Assembly: GCA_963827235.1 (NCBI GenBank)
Contig: CAWHAE010000009.1
Location: 480,001 to 544,000, forward strand
Source of the DNA: an uncultured bacterium
Lineage (GTDB): Bacteria > Chloroflexota > UBA5177 > JANWHV01
Direction of reading: 5' to 3'
Length of the DNA stretch: 64,000 nt
Below, piece after piece: positions 1 to 9,795 of this stretch (position 1 is its first letter; every line of letters begins with the position of its first letter). Below the pieces are notes generated by a model. That model saw nothing but the letters and a program-made list of their open reading frames with translations. It made no database searches and was not told the origin of the DNA. Position numbers and translations under genes: made by a program.

Positions 1-269
1 TGAGGTGACGCTTGCCGGGAGCCGTCTCAACCCCAAACCCGAAGGTAGCGCGGCCATCGTGGGCCTCACAGGCCATCTCCCAAATGGCAGGGCGATCAAC
101 CATGCACTTGACCGGGCAAACCGGCGCGGAACGTGCCGCTGCCGGCCTCCTCGACGAACCGTCGCAGCACACGCAGGAAGCGCCGCTCCCCGGGCGGGAC
201 TCAGCCGATCGCAGTCCTGCCAGAAGCTCCATTCGACTGCTGCTCATGTACGCCCGCCGGCAGTGCCAT
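1..269 (-). pseudogene. Decayed RelE-like toxin / TA remnant, runs off the window edge
   Basis: SD (GAAGGAG) then MALPAGVHEQ. Fragments in different frames (RRFLRVLRRFVEEAGSGTFRAGL; VKCMVDRPAIWEMACEAHDGRATFGFG...PGKRHL) resemble the RelE-like family with a WEMTW..DGRATF.YG...HIIWRRIG pattern. Confidence 0.45.
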
Positions 270-509
270 GATGGGGTCTCCTTCGTTCCCATTGTAGCGC
301 CGCGCTACCACGTGCACGACACTGTGCACTAACACTCCCGTCCCTCTTATTCGGCGGGACCTACGATCCGATGAAGGGACGATGGGGCATGTGCGGTACT
401 CTAGTTGCTGCACGTAGCCAGTCCATTGCTATAGATGGCAGCCAGGGCGACGGTTGCAAGCTATGCTTGGGGTGGCACGAGACGTAGATATTCTGGCGGG
501 AGATCTGGT

Positions 510-959
510 ATGGGCCAGTATTTCATGATTTGCAACCTCGACAAACACGAATTCATGAAGCCCAACTGGTTTGGTCACGGGCTAAAGCTGGCCGACATCG
601 CTCGTGCGCGCGAGGGAATGATGGCCGGCGTCGCCATATTGATTGCGCTGAGCGGTACTCACCTCTACTGCGAGGGACCGATCTACGGACGTTGGGCTGG
701 CGATCGCCTTGCCATTATTGGTGACGAGTATCAGGGCGCCGCAGGCGGTTTGACAGTCGACGCAGAGACTTATGACACGATTAGCGGGCAGCAAAGCGGC
801 TGGGTCGACATCAGCGAGCACGTGCGTGCGGTTCTCGAAGGCGAGTGGGCACTCTCGCTGCCGCCTGCCCTTCTTGACGGTGCGGAGCCCCGTTCAACCC
901 TCCACGCCGACGGTACGATCACACCTGTGTCTCGGTTCTGCGAGGAGCCAGGTGTCTAG
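510..959 (+). CDS. Hypothetical protein (MGQY..NLDK.E family of unknown function)
   Basis: Clean ORF beginning MGQYFMICNLDKHEF...GLKL, with GRWAGDRLAIIGD motif. Confidence 0.65.
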   Translation: MGQYFMICNLDKHEFMKPNWFGHGLKLADIARAREGMMAGVAILIALSGTHLYCEGPIYGRWAGDRLAIIGDEYQGAAGGLTVDAETYDTISGQQSGWVDISEHVRAVLEGEWALSLPPALLDGAEPRSTLHADGTITPVSRFCEEPGV

Positions 960-1007
960 GTCTCGGCTTACGATGCAATCGCACCCAGGCATCCAGCAAC
1001 TCACCGG

Positions 1008-1073
1008 CGCCTGCAACACGTCGCTCCGGCCGGCAACCGCGTCGGCGTGGCGGTGAACGGCGTGTTGCAGGCG
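1008..1073. repeat. Intergenic inverted repeat / hairpin
   Basis: CGCCTGCAACACG (1008-1020) and CGTGTTGCAGGCG (1061-1073) are perfect reverse complements. Confidence 0.6.
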
Positions 1074-1486
1074 AGCTACAGGGACAACGCCGCCGACCGA
1101 CGAGATGAGTAACACAGGATGTAGAGTGCCCCCGTGACACCGTTTGATGAGGTAGGTTTGCCCGGAGATGGAGCCGCTATTTCAACAGGAAGGGTTGGCA
1201 TCCGACGCCCTGGCCTGAACAAATGCCCTCGGTGATGGACACAACTGTCACTCGCTGCGCGATCTGGAATACCTCGCTGGACACGTTACAGCTGGTGAAG
1301 AATGCGTTTGCTCTTGCTGATTGGTATGGAAGCTACATGCTGAACCATCTGGCACGAAAGCCGGACCAATAACCCGAGGCTCGCGCAGCTAAGCGGTCGA
1401 ACCTTCCTGGGCACACGGCGACAGACGGCAGGACCATGTCCGGATTCCGCCAGCGCCGGACCGAACAGCTCCGCTACAGTGGTGTC

Positions 1487-2455
1487 ATGAGCAACGCACT
1501 GCATCGACAATCGGCTTCCCGACCCGACGGGACGAAGACGGACTGGCGTGGCCGCTTCATCCTGCTGGCGGCCATCTGGGGTCTGAGCTTCCTGTTCATC
1601 AAGGTGGGGGACGAAGTGCTGGCGCCCGTGCAGGTGGCGCTCGGCCGCATGGCAGTGGGCACGGCTACCCTGCTGATCGTGCTTGCCTTCAGGCACGAGC
1701 GACTGCCCGCCTTCGGCACGATCTGGCTGAGACTGGCCATGGCCGCCTTGCTGCTCAACACGCTGCCCTTCTCCCTCTACGCCTACGGCGAGACGCGAGT
1801 GACCTCGGTCCTGGCGGGCATCTGGAATGCCACCACGCCGCTGCTCACCCTGGCGGTGGTGCTCGTCGCCCTGCCCGAGGAGAAGCCGACCCGATCGCGC
1901 ATTGCCGGCCTGGCAGTGGGCTTCCTGGGCGTGCTCGCGGTGCTGGGTATCTGGAACGGACTCGGCGGAGCCGCCCTGCTGGGCAACCTGGCCTGCCTGG
2001 CCGCGGCCTGCTGCTACGGCCTCGGCTACCCCTATTCACGGCGGGTGCTGACCGGCAGGACGGAATCCACGCTTGCCCTGGCCGCCGGCCAGCTCCTCTG
2101 CGGCACCGTCGAGCTCGGCATCGTCGCGCCGTTCATCACGCGCGCGCCGGCAAGCATGCCGCTGCGCGTGGTACTGAGCATCCTCGCCCTCGGCGCCCTG
2201 GGCACCGGCATCGCCTACGTGCTGAACTACTCGCTGGTGCGCGACGCGGGAGCGACTATCACTTCCACCGTCACCTACGTGATCCCGCTTTTCTCCACCG
2301 TGGCGGGCATGGTGTTCCTCGGCGAGCCGTTGAGCTGGAACCAGCCGATCGGCGCCGTGATCGTCGTGCTCGGGGTAGCGGTCACGCAGGAGCGCTTGCG
2401 TCTGCCGCGGCGAGCGCGGCCAGCGCCGGCGGTCGGGGTGGAAGGTCGGGGCTGA
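1487..2455 (+). CDS. DMT/EamA family transporter
   Basis: About 10 TM helices; IWGLSFLFIK, GIWNATTPL and LGALGTGIAY motifs; TACAGT -10-like box 6 nt before the ATG. Confidence 0.9.
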   Translation: MSNALHRQSASRPDGTKTDWRGRFILLAAIWGLSFLFIKVGDEVLAPVQVALGRMAVGTATLLIVLAFRHERLPAFGTIWLRLAMAALLLNTLPFSLYAYGETRVTSVLAGIWNATTPLLTLAVVLVALPEEKPTRSRIAGLAVGFLGVLAVLGIWNGLGGAALLGNLACLAAACCYGLGYPYSRRVLTGRTESTLALAAGQLLCGTVELGIVAPFITRAPASMPLRVVLSILALGALGTGIAYVLNYSLVRDAGATITSTVTYVIPLFSTVAGMVFLGEPLSWNQPIGAVIVVLGVAVTQERLRLPRRARPAPAVGVEGRG

Positions 2456-2464
2456 CGCAGCCCG

Positions 2465-3457
2465 TCAATCCCAGTTGCCGGATCGCCGCAGCCACGTGTC
2501 GCCGCCGGCCATGATCGACCAGGCGCCGAGCGCGTTGGTGCTCAGGTCGCAGCCGCTCACCGTGCCGCCGCCATTCGAGGCCACGACGACGGCCCGCTCG
2601 TTGCGGTTGATGCGGCAGCCGCGCACGGCCAGCATGCTGCCGAACCCGATGCACACGCCGGCATGTCCGTTGTCGACGATCTCGCTTTCTTGGATCGCAC
2701 CCTCGGCATACTCCTCGGCGTCCACGCCGTGCGAGGCAGACCGGCGCACCCGGCAGCGCCGGATGGTCGGGCATGCGTAGCGGCGGATGCAGATGCCCAC
2801 AGCGTTGCCGCTGATCTCGCAGTCCTCCAGGAGGCACTGGCTGGTGTCGTACAGCAGCACGCCGCTCTCTTTCCCGTGCTCGATGCTGCATCGCCGGATG
2901 GTTGGATTCGTCGCGGCGCCGTGTATGGCCAGGCACGATCGTGCCCCTGAAACGACGCGGCAGTCTTCGAGCAACAGGCTTCCTTGGGGAATGTCCACGA
3001 CATGGTGGGGATTCTTTTCCGCCTGGGGCCCGCCCCGCAGAGTGAGCCCGCGCACGCTTGCGCGGGCCGTGCGCATGGTCAGACACGAGCCGTTTCCCGG
3101 CTCGACCACGATCTCTTCCACCAATCCCCTGCCGGCGATCTCCAGAGGCTTGTCGAGCACCAGCGATTCCCGATAGAGGCCCGGCAGCACCTCGATACGG
3201 CTCCCCGGCGGCGCCCGGCGTATCGCCTCGCGAATGCTGGTGAACTGCCCGCCACCGGAGGCGCAGACGGTCAAGCACGAGCGGTTCTCCTGCCCCGCGC
3301 GACCGCGCTCGTCGCCGCGCGCCGGGAGCGTGACATACGGCGAAGACGCCGGCTCCCATACCAGCGGCGGCAGCGCCGCCGGCGACCATTCCGGCCCGTC
3401 CGCCGGCGCGGAAGCCACGGCGCCGATTCTCGAGTGGCTCCCGGCACGCCGTTCCAT
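2465..3457 (-). CDS. Right-handed parallel beta-helix domain, probably the frameshifted C-terminus of the upstream kinase
   Basis: GGQFTSIREAI...PGLYRESL motif followed by repeated 'P.IRRC.I....GV' beta-helix rungs. Confidence 0.75.
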   Translation of the reverse strand: MERRAGSHSRIGAVASAPADGPEWSPAALPPLVWEPASSPYVTLPARGDERGRAGQENRSCLTVCASGGGQFTSIREAIRRAPPGSRIEVLPGLYRESLVLDKPLEIAGRGLVEEIVVEPGNGSCLTMRTARASVRGLTLRGGPQAEKNPHHVVDIPQGSLLLEDCRVVSGARSCLAIHGAATNPTIRRCSIEHGKESGVLLYDTSQCLLEDCEISGNAVGICIRRYACPTIRRCRVRRSASHGVDAEEYAEGAIQESEIVDNGHAGVCIGFGSMLAVRGCRINRNERAVVVASNGGGTVSGCDLSTNALGAWSIMAGGDTWLRRSGNWD

Positions 3458-4514
3458 ACGGAGCTTCCAGGATGGCGCGCAGAGCGCCTGCCATCATGGC
3501 GGCATCGGCGAAGCGCTCGCGCTGCTCGAAGGCGGTGGCGCGGCTCACGAGGGCGCCGAGCGCGGGCGGCAGGCCAGGCACCAACGTGTCCACCGGTGGG
3601 AACAGGGCGCGCATAGCCGATTCGGCGCCGCAGTCGCCGCGCTGCAGCTTCATGTACTCCGCGTCCGGTCTGCGTCCGGTGAGCAGGGCGTGCAGAACGG
3701 CACCCAGGGCATAGATGTCGCTGCGCGGCGTGGCCCGCCCAACGACCTGCTCGATAGGGACGTAGCCCCAGGTGCCTATGACGGTGCCGCCCGAGGCAAT
3801 GAGCTGCCGGGCTATGCCGAAATCGATCAACACCGGCGCGCCGCTCCGGCTGTCGAGGAGCACGTTGGTCAGCTTGAGGTCCCGGAAGACGAAGGGCGGT
3901 ACCCGGCCGTGCAGATAGCTTAGCACGTCGCAGAGGGCGATCCCCCAGGCGACGACGCGCCGCCAGGCACAGCCGTGCGCGAAGCCGTCTTGCTCGGCCT
4001 CGGCGAGGACCTCTTCGAAGGTCTGGCCCGGAATGTAGTCCATGACCAGGTACATCGGACCCGAATCGGGGTGCGCGGCCCAGAAGCCGTGCACCGCGGG
4101 GATAGCAGGATGGCGCAGGGTGAGCAGAGTGCTGGCTTCGCGCCTGAACCAGGCGATCGCTTCGGCCCGGTCTGAGTCATTTTGGCAGGAGGAGACGAGC
4201 AGCTCCTTGATGGCTACGGATGCCGGCTGCTGCCCGGACAGGTCGCGGGCAAGGAAGACGCGCCCGAAGCTTCCGGCGCCCAGACGGTGCACGATACTGT
4301 AGCGGCCATTGAGCACTTCGCCGGGCACGAGGCCCCGGTCAATCGGCTCGTCCGGCGCCGGGTCGAGCCAGGGAGGGCGATCGTCGAGCCGTCGGGTCGG
4401 CCTGCTCGACGAGCAGGCGATCAGAGGCGCGATCGCGCTACCGCACTGCGAGCAGAACCGGGCAGCGGGCTCGCAGGAGACACCACAACTTGCACACACC
4501 GTCGTGTACACCAC
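3458..4514 (-). CDS. Hanks-type Ser/Thr protein kinase with N-terminal zinc ribbon; frameshifts near 3460 into the beta-helix domain
   Basis: CASC..FCSQCG; LGAGSFGRV, VAIKE, FRDLKLTN, DFG, SDIYALG. The ORF tail after the kinase domain is nonsense-like and overlaps the beta-helix ORF. Confidence 0.85.
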
Positions 4515-4746
4515 TCACTCCTCACCTCTTCGTGTGTCGTGAGCGTTCCGACACCCTGGTACCGGCACAGGTGAACGGCGTGCTTCGCGATCGAGGTCGC
4601 ACGGGGCCGCTCGCCGAGCAGATCAGGCGTTCGCATGCGCGTTCGCCCTTGCCGCTCGAGTAGCAGCCTACACCGGTCACCGGCTGGTTGGCTAGTGCCA
4701 ATCTACCTGATTAGGAACGGTACTATATGTTTTATCAGCATAAATC

Positions 4747-4775
4747 TTGACAAGCAAGGTACACTTTGCTACGGT
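4747..4775 (+). promoter_or_regulatory. Sigma70-type promoter upstream of amt
   Basis: TTGACA (4747-4752), 17-bp spacer, extended -10 TGcTACGGT (hexamer 4770-4775). Confidence 0.65.
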
Positions 4776-5241
4776 CGAATCCAAGCGGGCTACACAAGGC
4801 AATCGAGGAGCGTTGTGTAGCCTGAGCCAGCCTTGCTCCGCACGCGTGCTTGTCTCGGCCGACGAGCACGGTGCTCCGCACGGCGGACCCGATCGGCAGA
4901 GACGGGTCGGGCCGTGGCGTTGAGCACGAGAAGTTGGCCTGCGCTCGATCGCGGAGCGCGCTGCCGGTGTGCATGGTGCTCCCGTTCCCGCTCTACGGTC
5001 GCGGCCGACCGGCGCCTCCCGTGCCAGAGCAGGCACCGTTCGTTGTGCGTCCACGCCATGAGCCGGGCCTGCCCGGCGAGTGCCTCGTGGGTGGGAAGGG
5101 GGATGTTGCCGCTCGATTCGGTGGTACGGGCACGCCGATGGTCGCATGTCACAGGAGCGGATGAGCCGTCGGTGTTGCGCGCGGGGTGCACTGGGGCCGG
5201 CGCTGTTGAGCGCCTGACACGAGGCAAAAAGGGGACGCGAA

Positions 5242-6693
5242 GTGCTTACAATACTTGCAGACCTCGTACCTGATCCTACCTGGTTGAACGCGGGCGACAA
5301 TGCCTGGCAGCTCACGGCGGCCACGCTGGTCGGCCTGATGAGCATTCCCGGGCTGGCCGTGCTGTACGGAGGGGTCGTCCAGCGCAGGTGGGCCGTCAAC
5401 AGTGCCATGATGGCCTTTTATGGGTTTGCCATGGTCCTGCTGGTTTGGGTGCTTTGGGGCTTCGACATGGGTTTCGGGCAGCCGTGGATCCAGCATGGCG
5501 GCTACGCGTTTCTGGGCAAGCCGGGCGCGGTGCTCGACCACATCGGCGAGCAGGCGCAGGCGAACATCCCGCTGGTCAGCGGCATCGGAGGCATGCCGCC
5601 ATTCCGGTTCCCCCAGGCCTCGCTCGTCTACTTCCAGTTCGTGTTTGCCGCCATCACGCCACTGCTCATCCTGGGAAGCGTGGTTGGGCGCATCAACTTC
5701 AAGGCCTGGATGCTCTTCGTACCCCTGTGGTCTACCCTTGTCTACAGCGTGAACGCCTATCTTCTCTGGGGTGGCGGCTACTGGGCGGCTCGCGGCGCTG
5801 TCGACTATAGCGGGGGCTATGTGATTCACCTCGCGGCCGGTGTGTCCGGCTTCGTGGCCGCCGCGGTAGTCGGTCCCCGGTTGAAGAGAGATCGCGAGAA
5901 CCCCTCGCCCAACAACATGCTCATGGTCATGACCGGCGCGGCCCTCCTGTGGCTGGGCTGGAACGGCTTCAACGGCGGCGACCCGTACTTCGCCAATCCC
6001 GATGCCTCCGCAGCCGTTTTGAACACCAACATTGCCACGGCCACGGCGATGCTGACCTGGATGCTCATCGACACGCTGACCAGCGGCAAGCCGCAGCTAC
6101 TCGGCTCGGTGAACGGCATGATCACGGGACTGGTAGCGATCACACCGGCCGCCGGCTACGTCAACGGCTACGGCGCCATACTGATCGGCGTGCTGGCAAG
6201 CTCCATCCCGTGGTTCACCATGAACAAGCTGGCCACCACGCTGCCGATCTTCCGTCGCGTGGACGACGCTCTTGGCGTCGTGCATACCCATGGCCTTGCC
6301 GGTCTGATCGGCGGTCTGTCAGTCGGCCTGATCGCGGACTCCAGTATGACTGTGTACTACGGCACGGGAAAGACCGCCGCCTTCTCGGTCACGGGCGGCT
6401 GGCACCAGCTCTCGCTGCAGCTCGGCGCCGCGGCGACCGTGATCGTGTGGGACGGCGTGGTCACGTTTGCCATTCTCAAGCTGATCGCCCTGGTGGTGCC
6501 CCTGCGTATGCCCGAGGCTGCGCTCGAGATCGGAGACATGGCCGTTCACGGCGAGCAGGTGAGCGGCACCGACGAACCGGCTGCCTCGCCGGCACCCGGC
6601 TACGACTATCGCAGCGGTGTTGCCGGCGCCATGCCTGCCGGTGCCATGATGTCCAGCACGGCGGCGCCCGCCCCGCCCATCGACACGAGATGA
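5242..6693 (+). CDS. amtB: Ammonium transporter (Amt/MEP family)
   Basis: DNAWQLTAATLV, FQFVFAAIT, DYSGGYVIH, LWLGWNGFNGG, NGMITGLVAITP, DDALGVVHTHG. Confidence 0.95.
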   Translation: MLTILADLVPDPTWLNAGDNAWQLTAATLVGLMSIPGLAVLYGGVVQRRWAVNSAMMAFYGFAMVLLVWVLWGFDMGFGQPWIQHGGYAFLGKPGAVLDHIGEQAQANIPLVSGIGGMPPFRFPQASLVYFQFVFAAITPLLILGSVVGRINFKAWMLFVPLWSTLVYSVNAYLLWGGGYWAARGAVDYSGGYVIHLAAGVSGFVAAAVVGPRLKRDRENPSPNNMLMVMTGAALLWLGWNGFNGGDPYFANPDASAAVLNTNIATATAMLTWMLIDTLTSGKPQLLGSVNGMITGLVAITPAAGYVNGYGAILIGVLASSIPWFTMNKLATTLPIFRRVDDALGVVHTHGLAGLIGGLSVGLIADSSMTVYYGTGKTAAFSVTGGWHQLSLQLGAAATVIVWDGVVTFAILKLIALVVPLRMPEAALEIGDMAVHGEQVSGTDEPAASPAPGYDYRSGVAGAMPAGAMMSSTAAPAPPIDTR

Positions 6694-6783
6694 GTGACTG
6701 GACGTCCGGCCTGAAGGCTGCTCAGCAGGCGGCCCGGCGGCGCTCCTCTCCGTCAGACCGGGCTCGGTGAGAGGTCCCGGCGA

Positions 6784-7065
6784 GCCTGACCGTAAGCCGA
6801 TTGCCCAGGGACCGTCAGCCTCTCGCGCGCCTCGTACACCTCGCAGAGGTGACGGATGGGGTGTGCAGGATGCTCGCGGTCCCAGGCCGTCCGGCACCGC
6901 TCTTCCTCGTCACGCCGAGATCTCAGACAGATCGCTGCCGGCCTGACCGCAACCCGATTGCCACCGGGACCGCGAGCGGCTCTCTCACCCCGGTAGACCT
7001 CCGTAGAGGGGACCGGCGGGGCGGGTAGGGTGCTCGCGGTCCCAGGCTATCGGGCAGCGCTCTCC
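6784..7065. repeat. Two tandem diverged copies (period about 157 bp) of a hairpin-forming element
   Basis: GCCTGACCG.AA.CCGATTGCC..GGGACCG at 6784 and 6941; TGCTCGCGGTCCCAGGC at 6871 and 7031; GGGACCG/CGGTCCC stems in both copies. Confidence 0.75.
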
Positions 7066-7601
7066 TGCACGACTCGCCGGCATTGCCCTGACGGCCCTAA
7101 CGGGCGAGGCGGGCCCGAGTTGCCCGGCACCGCACTTCCTCCTTGTGTGCACGGTATTGGGCGGCCTGCCCGCGGCCCGGGCTTGCCGGCGCCCATTCGT
7201 ACCCGGAATCGGACAGCCCGGCATGGCAGCGGCCCCGATTGCAAATTAGGCGGGGTCATGCAATCATCGCTCTATCACTCCAAAAAGAGAGACATGGGCG
7301 GCAGCCTACCCGGCCAATGGCTGCTCCGCTCCTGCCGATCATGCCGTACGGAAGGGGGTGCGCACACACCTATACCATTCGCACCGGCCCTTGCCGGCGG
7401 TGAGCCGCGACTGCTCAGTCCGGTACGCCGTCTCTTCGGTTGCGCCCAGCGGTTTCGCCTCTGGTGCCGATCGGCCCGGCTGCTAGGCCTGTGCCGTTCT
7501 CCTCTGTACGCGCCGGCCAACTACTCCATGCAAGATTTCCTGTGCCCGTGGCCCTTTACGCAGGCCCTCGATGAGCTTGCGCCCAGCGGAAGGAGACTCG
7601 T

Positions 7602-9602
7602 ATGCGACCTGCTCACATCATTCGCATCCTGCTCACACTCCTGTTGACTATGGCCGTGCCCGCCGCTTCGAGCGTGCGGACTGCTCTTGCCGACGTGTCT
7701 GTTCCTCTGGTCGAGCTACCCGGCAGCCTGGCAGCGGCGCCCAATGGGCGTGTGCTCGGCCCGCACGCCGTCGGCGCGCCGTTGTCCGTGACCGTCGTCT
7801 TGCAGCCCAGCTCGACGGGGCAGATAGACAACCTTCTCTCAGCCCTCTACGACCCGACGAGTCCGCAGTACGAGCAGTGGCTGCCCAGGGGCACCTTCGA
7901 ATCGATGTTTGCTCCATCCGCCGTGCAGGTGGCGCAAGTGCAAAGCTACTTGCAGAGCCAGGGCCTGCAGATCCTGGCCAGTCCTTCACCCTTCCTGGTG
8001 CGCGCTACCGGCTTGACCGCGCAGGTGGAGGCCGCGTTCGGCACGCACATCAGCGACTACGTCGCGCCGGACAATAACCCCTTCTTCTCCAACGACACCA
8101 GCGTCAAGGTGCCCGCAACCCTGAGCAGCATCGTGGGCGGCGTGGTCGGCCTCTCCAGCACCGCCCAGGCTCATCCCCAGTACATCACCACGCGCGCGGC
8201 GGCACAGCGGCGCGGCGTCCCGGTTCCCCAGTATGGCGCCGGTCCGGGCGGCAGCGGGCTGACTCCCTCGCAGACCACCAGCATCTATGGGGGAAGCCAG
8301 ACTGCCGGCACGTCCGCTGCCATACCCAGTGAGGACCTTTCGGCAGCCGGTGCCAGCGGGCAGGGTGCCGGACGTATCCTGGGTTTGTTCGAGCTTTCCG
8401 GCTACACGCGGCAGGACGTCGTCAACTACGAGCACACCTTCTTCGGCGCAGGCGAGAACGTGCCGATCGTGGACGTGAACGTCGACGGCGGCCCGATCAC
8501 GCCCATATGCCCGAAGGGCGATTCGTGCGGACCTTTCAGTTCCTCATGCCCCACGGGGTGTAACTCGGCCGACTACAGCGGCGACATCGAGGTCGAGGCC
8601 GATCTGGAGACCCAGATCGCGGTAGCGCCGAAGATCCAGGCTATTCTGGTCTACAACGCTCCCAACGACATGACCGGACAGACGGAGATCGACGAGTACT
8701 CCACCATCGCGCGGCAAGACGCGGCCGACTCCATCAGCTCGAGCTGGGGCTTGTGCGAGCAGGACGCAGGCGCCGCTCAGCTGCTTGCCGAGTCGATTGC
8801 CTTCAAGGAGATGGCGTTGCAGGGGCAGAGCATGTTCTCCTCGGCCGGAGACACGGGCGCCTTCGACTGCCTGCGCGACACGGGTAGCCCCAACCTCACC
8901 GCCCTGGCAGTCGACGATCCTGCCTCGCAGCCCCACGTGACCTCGGTCGGCGGCACGTCGTTCGGCAGCTTCGACCCAGGCAAGAATGCCACGCCGTCGT
9001 ATCCCTACGGCTTCGAGACCGTGTGGAACCCCCTGGACCTCTGCTCCGGCTCGACGGCGGGCCTGAGCAACTGCGCGTACTACGGCACCGGTGGCGGCGG
9101 CAACAGTTTGTTCTGGCCTCGGCCGTCGTACCAGCACGGCACCAACGTGACCAGCTCGTACACACGGTACGGTCCGTACTGCGCGCTGGCCACAACCGGG
9201 CAGGCGTGCCGAGAGACGCCCGACGTTTCCGCCAACGCGGACGAGTTCACGCCGTACGCGGAGTACTGCACGGGCAGCCCGTCCACCAATAGCACGTGTG
9301 CCACGTTCTCCGGCGCGCAAACGCCTCCCGGCTGGTTCGGCATCGGTGGCACGAGCCTCTCGTCGCCGCTCTGGTCGGCAATCATCGCGCTGTCGGACAG
9401 CTTCCACGGCCGACGCTTTGGAGAAGCGAACGTCTCACTGTATAAGCTGTTCCGCCTCAGTTCCACCACGTACTTCCACGACATCACGGGCATCAACCAG
9501 ACCGAGAACAACAACGGCTTCTACCCGGTAACGCCGTTCTACGACGAGGCAACGGGCATCGGCACGCCGCGCATCGCGGCAATCGTCAAAGCCAGCTCGT
9601 AG
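7602..9602 (+). CDS. Secreted S53 family peptidase (sedolisin/kumamolisin-like) with pro-domain
   Basis: Signal peptide; pro-domain (YDPTSPQY.QWL); E-x3-D in DIEVEADLE; SAGDTG; GGTSLSSP; YDEATGIGTP. Confidence 0.92.
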   Translation: MRPAHIIRILLTLLLTMAVPAASSVRTALADVSVPLVELPGSLAAAPNGRVLGPHAVGAPLSVTVVLQPSSTGQIDNLLSALYDPTSPQYEQWLPRGTFESMFAPSAVQVAQVQSYLQSQGLQILASPSPFLVRATGLTAQVEAAFGTHISDYVAPDNNPFFSNDTSVKVPATLSSIVGGVVGLSSTAQAHPQYITTRAAAQRRGVPVPQYGAGPGGSGLTPSQTTSIYGGSQTAGTSAAIPSEDLSAAGASGQGAGRILGLFELSGYTRQDVVNYEHTFFGAGENVPIVDVNVDGGPITPICPKGDSCGPFSSSCPTGCNSADYSGDIEVEADLETQIAVAPKIQAILVYNAPNDMTGQTEIDEYSTIARQDAADSISSSWGLCEQDAGAAQLLAESIAFKEMALQGQSMFSSAGDTGAFDCLRDTGSPNLTALAVDDPASQPHVTSVGGTSFGSFDPGKNATPSYPYGFETVWNPLDLCSGSTAGLSNCAYYGTGGGGNSLFWPRPSYQHGTNVTSSYTRYGPYCALATTGQACRETPDVSANADEFTPYAEYCTGSPSTNSTCATFSGAQTPPGWFGIGGTSLSSPLWSAIIALSDSFHGRRFGEANVSLYKLFRLSSTTYFHDITGINQTENNNGFYPVTPFYDEATGIGTPRIAAIVKASS

Positions 9603-9627
9603 CCCCACGCGGCGGCCAGGAGCCGGC

Positions 9628-9667
9628 AAGTGCCCGGCATCCGAGGATCCTCGGATGCCGGGCACTT
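9628..9667 (+). terminator. Perfect 40-bp palindrome downstream of the peptidase, terminator-like
   Basis: AAGTGCCCGGCATCCGAGGA|TCCTCGGATGCCGGGCACTT. Confidence 0.6.
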
Positions 9668-9795
9668 TGTCATCGGGGCGGAGACGATGCCGCGGGCTAC
9701 ATGCCCTCCAACACATTCGGCACGAGACCGCGTGCACGAGTGACGAGCGGCATATGATCAGAGGAGCGGTGCCGCGTAACCAGGAGGGCGCGTCC

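Noticed and set aside
1008-1073. Possible integron attC site after the hypothetical gene
   Set aside because: The ends do not fit RYYYAAC/GTTRRRY, and there is no integrase or cassette array.
4725-4752. GlnR/TnrA box upstream of amt
   Set aside because: Only the TGACA half matches, and it is part of the -35 element.
6784-7065. CRISPR array or twister ribozyme
   Set aside because: Only two long diverged units without repeat-spacer periodicity; the CGGTCCCAGGC similarity to twister is explained by simple stem pairing and other twister elements are missing.
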